In this document: in pieces, positions 13,273 to 26,161 of the stretch
Position numbering within the stretch: position 1 is the first letter of the stretch
Layout: each line of letters starts with the position of its first letter
Assembly (NCBI RefSeq): GCF_009914755.1
Contig: NC_060937.1
Origin: the human T2T-CHM13v2.0 reference genome, Homo sapiens
Length of the DNA: 64,000 nt
Direction: 5' to 3' (one strand)
Translations under genes and position numbers: made by a program
The notes under the pieces: model-generated
What the model saw: the letters and a program-made list of their open reading frames with translations, nothing else
Told to the model about the DNA's origin: nothing
The model's database searches: none

Positions 13273-14250
13273 GTGGAAATAAACAGAGATACTTATATGG
13301 TGGTATCAGGCCTCCCAAAGGGAAAGAATAGTGGTCGTACTGCTGAGATCACAGATATGCACAGATATCCTAGACTAATAGGCACAGTCAAGATTAAGCA
13401 TCATCTTGAATTGTTATTGCTAGAGTTCCTAGATATTCAATAATGCTATTTGGGATAATGATTGTACAGCTTCAATGGAGTCACTAGGGTTGTTTTACAA
13501 CATTTCTATCTGTCATAAAACCACGACAAGTCTTCAAACCACTAGAGAGGGCTATGCTGTGAATGAAATGATGTTGTGTGAATGAAATGATGTTGTAGGG
13601 CAAAGCTTTAGAAGAGGCCTCCTGGATTATTGGGGAAAGGGTCTTTACTACTCCCTACCTGTACCATCCAACAATGAGGAAACATCAGCTGGTGGACTGT
13701 AATGAGAAACAGAGAACAGCTTTATACAGAAAAAAAAGGGAAGTAAACTGGTGATAAATAAGCCAAAAGGAACAAAGTGCTACAGGACTTGAATCTTTTC
13801 TACTGAGGAGATGGGACAATGATGTGGTTTGGCTATGTCCCCACTCAAAATCTCATCTTGAATTGTAATCTCCATAATCCCTACAATCCCTATAATCCCC
13901 ATGTGTCAAGAAAGAGACCAAGTGGAGGTAATCAAATCATGGGGGCAATTTCCCCCATGCTGTTCTTGTGGATGGTGAGTGAGTTCTCATGAGATCTAAT
14001 GGTTTTATAAGTGTTCTGTAGTTCCTCCTTCTTTCATTCTCCTTCCTGCCACCTTGTGAAGAAGGTGTCTTATTTCCCCTTCACTCTGCACCATGACTGT
14101 AAGTTTCCTGAGGTCTCCCAGCTATGCTGAGCTGTGAATCAATTAAAACTCTTTCCTTTATAAATTACCCAGTCTTTATAGCAGAATGAAAACAGACTAA
14201 TATAGACTTTTAGCATAAATTCAATAAATTGCCCTCCTTGAGAAAAAAAA
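13273..14250 (+). pseudogene. Processed, 5'-truncated pseudogene of a retinal membrane guanylyl cyclase, most similar to GUCY2F (catalytic domain C-half, C-terminus, 3'UTR)
   Basis: Translation across frameshifts: VEINRDTYMVVSGLPK..AEITDM / DIL..GTVKIKH / LFG-D..TASMESLGLFYNI..LQTTREGYAV / L*GKALEEASWIIGERVFTTP-LPVP / GGL..LVINKP, collinear with recalled GC-F [99 protein letters not shown]. No introns; AATAAA at 14223-14228 and A8 at 14243-14250. Confidence 0.88.
13820..14204 (+). mobile_element. MaLR solo LTR (THE1/MSTA-like) inside the pseudogene 3'UTR
   Basis: tgatgtggtttggctatgtcccca..aaatctcatcttgaattgta...aattacccagtc...gactaatata; imperfect 5-bp TSD gacaa/gactt. Confidence 0.93.
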
Positions 14251-16289
14251 GTTAATGACTATGTCTCAGAGAATTACTTGCCTTCAGAATTTTTCCAATA
14301 TAAATCTAGTTTTAAGGGGACCTTTGGAAAGTATTTGTTAGCCAGCTTTGTTCAATGCCTAGATAATACAAATAAATGTCCTGTAAATGCAAGCTGCAAT
14401 GAAGGTGTACCCTAAGGAAAAATGGGGAAACACTTCCAGTTTTAGTCTTTTAAAAATATCAGGGTCAATTGGGCCAAAATAAGGAGGCCTCTGTTTTCAC
14501 ATAAAAAATAGTAGGCATATTTATTTATTTTGAAACTTGAACAAGTATCTAATAAACCAAATTTATAAATCAGATATTATTAAAAGTTGCCAGAAGAAAA
14601 GATGCTTCAGCAAACAGGTATCGGAATTCCAGTTTTGTGTTACTTTTCTTAGGCAGAATGCTTTGGGGATAAGGAGATAAAACAGAACAGAACAATGGTA
14701 TGATTTTTGTGCCATGACTAAGACGTCCCTTGCATTTGATGTCTTTTATTCTTTCATCATAATGAGAATACAGGCACATAATGAATTGTTATTGTTAGGT
14801 GAAAATCTCACTGAGCCTTAGCATCTTCTTCTGAACATAAGCACTGTGTCCAGGACTGTAGAAGGAATAAGTGTAGGAGATGTTGTCAAGATAAGAGTAA
14901 GGAAAGAGGATGTTGAATATAATAACTACCTGAAAGCTGTGTGGTATGTCTTCCTTGATCAACCCTCTGTCCTTCTAAATTAAATCCTTTGGAACATTTA
15001 AGAAATGATGTAGGGGAAAACCAAGTATGAATTAATACAACATTTGTATTATACACTTCCATTTCCATTTTCACCAAATGTGTGTGAGCTAATTCATGTT
15101 ATAAAACACATGTTACAGAAGAATATATTTTACTCAATTTTATTATTTTAAAAAATAATATATTGTATTAAACTTAATTTCACAGAATTTTACCTGTGGC
15201 AGAATAGGCACAATGAGAGAAACAAGTAGCAGATATGTTCCTGAGTGATTGGCAATCACTAAGTGATGCCTTGGCCGCCACCTGTGCTGCTGCTTCATCC
15301 ATTATTTCCTTTTGTCTTTCTGCTCTCTGCTTTATCAGACTTAAAAACAATGCAGGAAACTTGGCACTAGTGAGCAAGTCTAGATACTATGCCTTGGGGC
15401 CATATTAACTATGATTTTATTAAGTAATGAGTCCATTATTTTAATGTGCATTAAACAATATCCATTAGTTTAAATTTTAATATTTAACATCAGAGATTGG
15501 TAAATACTAACATTCAGTGCTATGGCTATGTCTATATAAAAGCCTACAAATAATTCACAAAACAAAAATTAAAATCACAGATATGTTTTTATAAAGACTA
15601 ATTACAATATATTTAATAACATGGTAAAATCCAAATATGTTTACAGAAACCATTCTATTTTTTGTACTTCTTGCCTATTAGAATCTATTAACTAACCCAA
15701 TTAGTTACCATCTGATAGTTTGTTTTCTCAATTTGTGGTTTCTGGATGCCTGCATCAGTTTCACTTGAGGTATGTGGCAGACAGTTTAGATCAGCTTACT
15801 CAAGGCAGACCACAAGTTAAGACAAGTTTTCCAAGACTATCTTCACCTTGGCTTTCTTACAGGACCTATCTTCTACAGGTAGATCCACCCATGAGAATTT
15901 GCAAGAAGGGAATGACAATCATGAAGCAGAGGTTCTGCTCTTGCAGCTTCCCCTATTTCTACTGCAGGTAGGATTATGAATATGGTCAGATTTTCCTGGG
16001 ACAACTTTTTAAGAGGTCTCATGGTTTATTCATAGCTTTTCAGTACCAACAGGGAAGGTGTTGCCATCCCTTTCACTGGCATGTGTAGTGACAGCGATTG
16101 CTTAATTCCCTAACTTCCTAATCATGACAGGTAAAGAAGCTCCTTTGATGGACCAGTTCCTAGGTGTTATTAAGAGGGTTACTCCTAGAAGTTAAACCTG
16201 GAGCCATGTACACCAACCATTCCAATAACCTTGTAAACATCTGACTGCCTCTTTTAAACCTCTTTCTGTTGCAACTAACTGGAATGATT

Positions 16290-16455
16290 TTCAATCTGAA
16301 ACTTAATGAATAGAAAATGTTTATTAAAAATGCAAATCCAGAGTCCTCCCCCAAACCAATTTAATCAGAATCTCTTGAGAGTGTTCCAAGTGTCTTCGTT
16401 TTAAACAATCTTTCTAGAATATTTTGGTGCATGATGAAATTTGAGAACCCATGCT
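16290..16455. mobile_element. MER5A-like hAT DNA transposon relic
   Basis: aaaaatgcaaatcc...aatcagaatctc...ttttaaacaa...tttgagaaccc. Confidence 0.7.
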
Positions 16456-16939
16456 GTGTCAAATATATGGGGACATGAAAATCTAGAGTGGGATCATCAC
16501 TATAAATTAGCAAGCCAGGCAATAAACTTAAGTTTAAATTGACCCCTACTAAGCAGATTATGATTGCTCACTTTGCCCAGAGCCCTCCTCTGGGAAGTTC
16601 TTTACAAACAGATCACCATGTTGTGTGCCCTGTGATATCATTAATTTGGACACATCACAGACTCACAGGCAATCATTTGTATAGACCCACCTACAATAGG
16701 ACCTACACAGGAGATTTATCCAAGATACATACTTTATCTTGAATGGTGAGAGTCTAATACAATAATATTCTCTCCCATTGAGGATTTGAATGTGGGACAA
16801 GAAGCAGTTAGCTAAGTCGAGAGAAGCAGAGAGATGCAAAAAAAAAAAAAAAGAATGCTATGGTATCTCTAAAGGCATAGAAGTCATGATTGAAGAGATA
16901 AATTAATCAGTAATAACAGTAGCTGGAGCAATAAAACCA

Positions 16940-17165
16940 GTGGTGTGAAACCCAACCTCCTCGTCTTTATGTGGTAAAACTCCACAGTCACCCCAATTCC
17001 CATGGGATTAGCTGAGGCCTTTCCCATGACACAAATGCAGCTCAACTTCTTTGTTTGCCCTATTCTGTTCTCTTCACTCTCATAGTGGTTGTTCCAAAGA
17101 GTTTATCTCAACAAATACACTGCATGCAAATTTCTGTTTCAGAGTCTATGGAACCCAGCTGATGA
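16940..17165 (+). mobile_element. LTR16-like ERVL LTR 3' part
   Basis: gctgaggcctttccc...gctcaacttc...ctgcatgcaaatttctgtttcagagtct..ggaaccca. Confidence 0.6.
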
Positions 17166-18729
17166 TACATTTTCCATATAGCATATCCAATTTTTCAACC
17201 CAAAAGAATATGAAAATTATGTTTTAACAAACATGAATCTTAAAGCTCAACTAAGTATTTTATGGACTTAAGTTGCTACAGCCTGACTGCTTTTTTCACA
17301 GTTCTTGTACTGGGATTATTTCCTGGAATATCTTCAATTTATATAATGGTTTCCCTACAGAAATGTTTCTTTCTCTTACTAATATATGTATTGTTGTACC
17401 TAAGTTTGTTTAATTAAATCAATCAGAAAATTGGCTAAAAATTATGAAGTAATGTTAAAAATTCTCATCTAAAAATAAATTTCAGATTCTCAAAGAGAAG
17501 ACTTTTGAAAATAAAATAGTTCGTTTTTTACTTAATATAACCAGGAATGTGCTTGTAAAGACTTTACCATAGTTCACCTTCTTCACATATATAGAGTTGT
17601 AATCATTTTAGAGTATACGAAGAAAGTTCCAACAGTTGTTTGGCTTTTTTTTTCTAAGCACAAGAATAAAGGGAAGCAGGCATATAATCAGTATTCAACA
17701 TAATAACTGAACAACAGTGAACACACTTTTAATAGATTTGTTTCCTAATATTGATCTATGTTTGTTCAAAAGCCAAGAAAATAATGTGTCTAGTGCAGAC
17801 TCATCTACAAATATGACTACTCATTGGGCAATGAATAAATTGGAACAGCTAAAAAAATCAATCAGATTTGAATTAAGGATCCTGTAAAGTATAATGCGAA
17901 TATAGGTTGCGTACTGTGCCAACAAGTCTGAAATATACTTTGACCAGATTCAGGGTCCTTCAAAGCTTTTAATGTATCCTTTGTTACAAGACACAATGAT
18001 TCTCTTTAGGAATCCACCGCCATTAGAAATTCAATTATATCTGACTATATATTTGCAGGATTTAACTGTAAAAACCAGGGATAGAAACATTGAAAATTTT
18101 ACAAGTACCTCTATTTGATTAAATTTCAATCATGTGCATGAACTTTCAAATATGCCTAATTCTAACAAAGCTTAGCTCGCTCAATAGTAAACATAAACTG
18201 TAGTTTCTGCACACAGTTGCATTAACAATATCAGCATTTTAATAGCCAAAACAATTTGAGTACTTACACTGGGCCCTAAAAGTATGACACGAATGTACAC
18301 AAAAATCCTCCTTCCCAATATTTCCACTTCTTAATATTGCTCCTTAACCACAGCTGCCTTTTTATCTTCCCTCATTGCAAACTAACAAAACTCTCCCCAT
18401 AACTGTGCTAGCATTAGTTGTATTATGTTTTTCCCTCCTACACTTTGTGGCTCAGTTAATTATACATCAGTTAACTTCTCCTTCCCCTTTCATTCTCATT
18501 CCCCTTTGTCCTCTTTTTTCTCCTTCTTCTTCCTGTTTGCTTCACTTTGTTCATTTTTCTCCCACATTTATTTTTTTCATTATTTCAGATTCTATATATA
18601 AAGACTATATACATATTTTACAAGTATGCTATTTCAAAGTTGCATAATTCAAATTTGCATCAAAGTCTCTGATGCTGTAAACTATAAATATGGGTGGAAG
18701 GGATTCAACTCCTCATAATATAGTTCATT

Positions 18730-21700
18730 TTTTAATTTTTTATTTTTAAAAATGTTTTGATACATTATATTTGTACGTATTTATGAGGTACATGTGAAAT
18801 TTCGTTATAGGCATAGAATGTGTAGCAATCAAGTAAAGGTATTTAGGGTATCCATCACCCAAATATCCATCATTTTCTGTATGTTGGTTATATTTCAAGT
18901 CCCCTATTCTAGCTATTTTAAAGTACACTACATTATTATTAACTCTAGTCACCCTACCCTTCTATCAAAGATTAGTTTAACATTCTTTCCAACTGTATGT
19001 GCAAGCAAACTCTCTCCATGCCACTTCCTCCCACCCATACACCCTTCCCAGGCCTTGGTAAATGCATTAAACTCTCTACCTCCATGTGGTCAACTTATTC
19101 AGCTTCCATATGTCAGTGATAAGATTTATCTTTCTATGCGTGGTATATTTCACTTAAGCTAATGACCCCTAGTTCCATCCAGGTTGCTGCAAATAACATT
19201 ATTTCATTCTTTTGGTGGCTGAATAGTATTCCATTATGTATATGTAGCACATTTTCTTTATCATCTGTTGATGGACACTTAGATTTATTCTACATCTTGC
19301 TATTGCATACTAGAATGCTGCAATAAACATGGTAATGCATGTATCCCTCTGATAGTTTTATTTCTTTTTCTTTGGATAAATATCCAGTAGTGGGATTGCT
19401 GGATAGGATGGTAGTCCTATTTTTAGTTTTCTAAGATATCTCTGTACTGTTTTCCACGGTAGCTATCCTAGTTTACATTCCCACCAACAGTGTATGAGTT
19501 CCCTTTAATTCATATCCTTGCCATCATCTTTTTTTTTTTTTTTTTTTAAATAGCAACCATTCTAACTGGGGTAAGATAATGTTCCATTGTGGTTTTGATT
19601 TGCATTTCCTTGATGAATAGTGATGTTGAGCATTTTTTCTCATAGCTGCTGGCCATTTGTGTATATTCTTTCGAGAAATGTGTTTTTATGTTCTTTGCCA
19701 ATTTTTTAATGGTGTTATTTGTTTCTTTCCTGTTGAGTTGTCTGATTTTCTTGTATATTCTGGGTATTAGTCCCCTGTTGGATAAGTAGTTTGCAAATAT
19801 TATCTCCTATTCAAGAGATTGTCTGTTTACTCTATTGATTGTTTATTTTGCTATACAGAGGCTTTTTAGTTTAATATAGTCCAATTTGTATATTTCAGGT
19901 TTTGTTGCCTGTGGTTTTGAGATCTAACCACAAAATCTTGCCTAGATCAATATCCTGAAAAATTTTACTTATGTTTTCTTCTGGTAGTTTTATAGTTTCG
20001 GGTCTTACATTTGTCTGTAATCTATCTTGAATTAAATTTTTTATATGGTGAGAGGTAGGGGTTCACTTTTATTATTTTATGTATGATTATGTAGTTTTTC
20101 CAGCTTCATTTATTGAACAAGGTGTCTTTTCCCCAGTGTATGCTCTTGACAGATTTCTTGAAGATCAGTTCGTTGTAAATATGAAAATTTATGGCCAGGC
20201 GTGGTGGCTCACGCCTGTGTTCCCAGGACTTTGGGAGGCAGAGACAGGTTTATCACAAGGTCAGGAGTTCAAGACCAGCCTGGCCAAGATGGTGAAATCC
20301 CGTCTCTACTAAAAAAGCAAAAATTAGCCAGGTGTGGTGGCAGGCACCTGTAATCCCAGCTACTCAGGAAGCTGAGGCAGAGAATTGCTTGAACCCGGGA
20401 GGTGCAGTTTGCAGTGAGCTGAGAATGCCCCACTGCACGAGTGAGACTCCGTCTAAAAAAAAAAAAAAAAAAAAAAGAAAAGAAAATTCATGTCTCGGTT
20501 TTCTATTCTGTTTAATTGGTCTATGAGTCTGTTCTTATACCAATACCACGTTGTTTTGATTACTACATATTTTGAAATAATATATTTTGAAGTTTGGTAG
20601 TATAATGCCTCGAGCTTTGTTCTTTTTGCTCAGGATTGTATTGAATAGCCTGTCTATTTTTGTAGTCCATATTGATTTTAAGACCTTTTTTATTTCTGTG
20701 GAAAATGACATTCATAGTTTGATATGGATTGCCTTGAATCTGACTTTTGAGTACAAAATCACTTTAATACTATTAATTCTTCCAATCCATGGTGATAGAA
20801 TGTCTTTGCATTTGTTTGTGTTCTATTTAATTTCCTTCATTAGTGTTATATGGTTTTCCTTGTAGAGATCTTTTGCTTTTTTGGTTAAATTTATTATTAG
20901 GTGTTCTATTTTTAGTAGCTATTGACAATGGGATTGCATTCTTGATTTCTTTTTGGCTATTTCATTATTAGTGTGTAAAAATGCTACTAATTTTTGTATG
21001 TTGATCTTGTATCCTACAACTTTACTAAATTTGTTTTCCAGCTTTAAGAGATTTCTGGTAGAGTCCTTCGGTTTTTCTAAATATAAGATTATGTCATTTG
21101 GAAAAAGGGACAATTTGATTTTTTCTTTCAACTTGGATGCCTTTTATTTCTTTCTTTTGCCCAATTGCTCTGGATAGGACTTTTAGTAATATGTTAAATG
21201 AAAGTAAGTATCCTTGCTTGCTCCAGTTCATAGGGAGAATGTTTTCAACTTTTCCCAATTCAGTGTGACGTTGGCTGTGGGTATGTCACACATGGCCTTT
21301 ATTATGTTAAAGTATGTTTTCTCTATGCCTAGTATGTTGAGAGTTTTTATCATGAAGAGATGTTGAATTTTTCAAGTGCTTTTTCTGCTTATATTTAGAT
21401 GATCTTGTATTTTTTATCATTCATTCTGTTTATATGAAGTATCATGTTTATTGATTTGAATATGTTGAAACAATCTTGCATCTCTGGTATAATTCCCACT
21501 TCATCATGGTGCAGTATCCTTTGGTGTGTTGTTGGATTCAGTTTGCTAGGATTTTGTTGAGGATATTTGTGTCTATGTTCATTGGGAGTATTGGCCCATA
21601 TTTTTGTTGTTGTTGTGTCCTTGTCCAGCTTGGGTACCAGAGTAATGCTGGTTTTGTAGAACGAGTTAACAAGAATTCCATCTTCTTCCATTTTTTTGGA

Positions 21701-23632
21701 ATAGTTTGAAGAAAATTGGTGTTAGTTCTTTATACATTTGGTAGAATTTGGCAGTGAGTCCATCTGGTCCTGAGCTTTTCATTCTTGGAAGACCCTTCAT
21801 TACTGATTTAGTCATGCTACTCATTATTGTTTTATTCAGGCTTTCTATTTTTACTGGTTTAATCTTTGTACATTGTATGTTTCCAGGATATTATCCGTTT
21901 CCTCTAGGTTTTCAAGTTTGTGAGTTTATAGTTGTTTATAATAGTCTCTGATGATATTTTGTATTTCCTGACTGTTAAAGTTGTAATGTCTCCTTTTAAA
22001 TTTCTGATTTACTTTGAATCTTCTTTCTTCTTGATTAGTCTAGCTAGCACTTTATCAATTTTGTTTGTCTTTGATGAAGAATACACCTTTGATTCCGTTG
22101 ATCATTTGTATTGTTTTGTTAGTCTTTATTCATTTAGTTCTGACCTGATCTTTATTATTTCTTTTATTCTGCTAATTTGAGATTTTGTCTTGTTTTTCTA
22201 GTTCTTTGAGGTGCATGTTAAGTTGTTTATGTGAAATCTTTCTACTTTTTTGATACAGATGTTTACCGCTATAATTTTTCTCTTAATACTGCTTTTGCTG
22301 TATCCAACTACTTTTGGTATGTTGAGTTTTCATTTCCATTGGTTTCAAGAATTTTTTAAATGTCCATCTTAATTTCTTCATTGACCCTGTGATTGTTCAG
22401 GACCGTGTTGTTTAATTTCTATGTATTTAAATGGTTTTCAGAATTTCTCTTGATAGTCGTTTCTAGTTTTACGTCATGTTGTGGGGAGAAGAAACCGACA
22501 TGATTTTGATTATTTAAAATTTGTTGAGACTGGTTTTGTGGCCTAAAATATGGTCTATTTTGGAGAATGTTCCATGTGCCAAAACAATGTGTATTCTGTG
22601 TGTATTGGATAAAAAGTTCTGTGAATGTCTGTTAGGCCCCTTTGCTCTAAAGTCTAGTTTTAAGCCAATGTTTCTTTGTTGATTTTCTGTCCAGATGATC
22701 TGTCTAAAGCTACGAGTGGAGTGTTGAAGTTCCCCACTATTATTGTATTAATCTCTCTCTTCAGATCAATATTTGTCTTATGGATTTGGGTGCTCCAGCA
22801 CTAGGTGCATATATATTTAGATTTGTTACATCTTCTTGCCAGATTGATCCCTTTATTGTTATATAATGATCTGTCTTATCTTTTACTTTAAACTATTTTT
22901 TATTTAATGTCTATTTTATCTGATATAAGTATAGCTACTCCAGCCCACTTCTGGATTCCATTTGTGTGGAGTATCATTTTCCATCTATTTACTTTCAGTG
23001 TATATGTGTCATTGCAGGTAAAATATGTTTCATGTAGGCAGCATATATTGAATCATTTTTTAAAAATCTAAGTAGTCAGTGTCTTTTAAGTGGAAAGTTT
23101 AATCTGTTTCTATTCAAGACTATTACTGATATTTGAGGGTTTATTCCCTCATTTTATTAATTGATTCCTGGTTGTATTGCATATTCTTTGTTTCTTTCTT
23201 TCCCTCTTAATCTTTATCATTGTGGTTAGGTATTTTTCTATAGAAGTAAAATTTGTGTCCTTTCTCTTCCTTATTTGTGTGTTTGCTCCACCAGTGGGTT
23301 TTATAGTTTTAAATGTTTTCATGATGGTAGATACTGTCCTTTTGTTCTGAGATATAGAACTTCCTTAAGTATTTCTAGTAGAGACAATCTAGTGATGATG
23401 CATTTCCTGCTTTTGCTTTTCTAGGGAGACTTTATTCCTTATTTATTTATGAAGAACAACTTTGCTGGGTATAGTGTCATAGGATAACAGTATTTTCTTT
23501 TAGCGTTTTGAATATATCATCTCATTTTCTTCTGGCCCGTGAGGTTTCTGCTGAGAAATCTGCTGTTAGTCTGATGCAAGCCCCTTTATAAATGACGAGA
23601 TGCTTTTCTCTTGCTGTTTTTAGAATTCTCTC
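18730..23632 (-). mobile_element. L1 (L1MA-like) 3'UTR plus ORF2, ~4.6 kb
   Basis: Minus-strand ORFs give L1 ORF2p peptides ([28 protein letters not shown]; NSFYKTSITLVPKLDKDTT..ILHHDEVGIIPEMQ); L1 3'UTR at 18730-19250. Confidence 0.95.
20193..20481 (+). mobile_element. Alu (AluS-like) inserted in L1, small right-arm deletion
   Basis: ggccaggcgtggtggctcacgcctgt...; polyA; TSD gaaaatt(t/c)atg. Confidence 0.95.
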
Positions 23633-25387
23633 AATTTTTAAAATTTTATTTTCAGCTTCAGGGCATATAGTGCAGTTTAATCATATATATGTATATATGT
23701 ATATATGTATATATGTAGTGTAATGGTGAGGTTGAGGCTCCTACTGTGTCTGTAAACTGAATACTGAATATTGTACCCAAAAGATGATTTTTCAAAACTC
23801 ACACCCTCCCCAGACACTGAGGAATTTCTGCATTTTGAGTCCCCAGTGTCTGTTATTTCCCTCTGTGTGCCCTGTGTACCCTTTTCAAACTCCCACTTAA
23901 AAGTGAGAACATGTAATATTTGAGTTTCTATTTCTGAGTTATTTCACTTAAGATAATAGCCTCCAACTCCATTCATGTTGCTGCAAAATGCATGAATTTT
24001 TTTTCATGGATGCAAAGTGTTCATGTTGTAAATATACCACATTTTTTCATTCCAGTCACTCATTGATGGATACTTAGATTGATTCCATGTCTTTGCTTTG
24101 TGAATAGTGCTGTGATAAAAATAAAAATGTAAATGTCTTTTTAATAAAACAATTTATTTTCCTTTGGGTAGATACCCAGTAGTGGAATTGCTGGGTCTAA
24201 TGGTATTTCTATTTTTTGTTCTTTGAGAAGTCTCCATGCTGTTTCCCATAAAGTTTGTACTAATTTACATTCACAAAAGCAGTGCATATGTTCCCCTTTC
24301 TCTTCATTCTCACCAACGTATTTTTTTTCTTTACTTTTTAATAATAGCCATTCTGACTGGTATAAGATGGTAACTCATTATAATTTTAATTTGCATATGT
24401 CTGGTGATTAGTGATTTTGAGCATTTCTTCATGTTTTTGACTATGTATATGTCTTTTTTTGAGAAATGTCTGCTAATGTCTTTTGCCCATTTTCTAATGG
24501 GGTTATTGGTTTTTTCCTTGTGAAATTGTTTGAGTTCTTTGAATAGTCTGGCTATTAGTCATTTGTCAGATGCATAGTTTGCAACTATTTTTCTCCCATT
24601 CTTTAGGTTGTCCTACTCTCTTGATCATTTATTTCATTTGCTGTGCAAAAGCTTTTTAGTTTAATTAAGTCCCATATATCTTTTTTTTTTTTTTGCATTT
24701 TCTTTTGAAGTCTTAGTCATAAATCTCTTGGCTAAGTCAATGTCAAGAAAAGTTCATACTAGGTTTTCTTCAAGGATGTTTATACTTTCAAGTCTCATAT
24801 TTAAGTCTTTAATCCATCTTGAGTTCATTTTTATATATGGTGAGATACAAGGGTCCAATTTCATTATTATGAATATGGCTAGCCAATTTTCCCAGCACCT
24901 ATTATTGAATATGGTGTCATTATCCCTGTGTATATTTTTGTTGACTTTATTGAAGATAAATTGGTTGTAGGTGTATAGTTTTATTCTGGGTTCTCTTTTC
25001 TGTCCGATTGATCTGCTTGTTTATTTTTATACCAGTACCATGCTGTTTTGGTTGTTATAGCCTTGTAGTATAATTTGAAGTCAGGTAATATGATGCCTTC
25101 AGTTTTGTTATCTTTTCTTACAAATGCTTTGGCTACTAGGGCTCTTTTTTGGTTCAATATAAATTTTAACGTTTTTTTTTTTTCTAATTCTGTGAAACAA
25201 ATGACCATGATAATTAGATAGGAATTGCTTTGGGTGGTATGGCCATTTTAATGATATTGATTCTTCCAATCAATGAGGATGGGATGCCTTTCTATTTGTT
25301 TGTGTCATCTACTAATTCTTTCATCAATGTTATATAGTTCTCCTTTTAGAGATCTTTCATTTTCTTGGTTAAATGTATTCCTAGGTA

Positions 25388-25389
<2 letters not shown>

Positions 25390-25429
<40 letters not shown>

Positions 25430-25432
25430 TGT
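25390..25432. repeat. (TG)n microsatellite
   Basis: TG dinucleotide run with one interruption, inside L1. Confidence 0.95.
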
Positions 25433-26161
25433 AGCTATTACAAATGGAATTGAGTTCTTTATTTGGTTATCAGCTTGAATATTATTCATGTATACAAGTG
25501 CTGCTGACTTTTGTATACTGATTTTGTGTACTGAAACCTTACTAAAGTCATTTACCAAGAATCGATATCTTTTAGAAAAGTCTTTAGGGTTTTCTAGGTA
25601 TAAGATCATGTCATCAGCAGAGATAATTTGATTTCCTCTTTTCCAAGATGGAGGCCTTTTGTTTCTTTCTCTTTCATGATTGCTCTGCTAGGACTTCCAG
25701 TACTGTGTTGATTAGGAGTGGTGAAAATGGACATCCTTGTCTTGTTCTAGTTCTTAGGGAGAATGTTTTCAGTTTTTCCCCATTCAGTGTGACATTGGCT
25801 ATGGGTTTGTTATATGTAACTTTTATTATTTTGAGGAGTTTCTTCAATGCTCAGTTTGTTCAAGGCTTTTATTATGAAGTGGTATTGAATTTTATTAAAT
25901 GCTTTTTCTGCATCTATTAAGATGATCATATGGTTTTTGTTTTTAACTCTGTTTATGGGATGAATCATATTTACTGATTTGCATATTTTGTACCATCTTT
26001 GTGTCCCTGGAGTAAAACCCATTTGATTGTGATCTATTATCTTTTTGATTCAGTTTGCTAGTATTTTGTTGAGGATACGTGAATCTATGTTCAACAGAGA
26101 TATTGGCCTGCAGTTGTCTTTTTTGTTGTTGTTGTATCCATGTCTGATTTTGGTATCAGAG

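Noticed and set aside
13249-13443. 64-aa ORF as a functional mini guanylyl cyclase
   Set aside because: Starts at GTG, has internal frame drift, lacks most of the catalytic domain, and downstream homology is broken by stops and frameshifts
14570-15077. Two adjacent minus-strand ORFs as possible exons
   Set aside because: No recognisable protein similarity or convincing splice sites; includes a MIR-like motif near 14810
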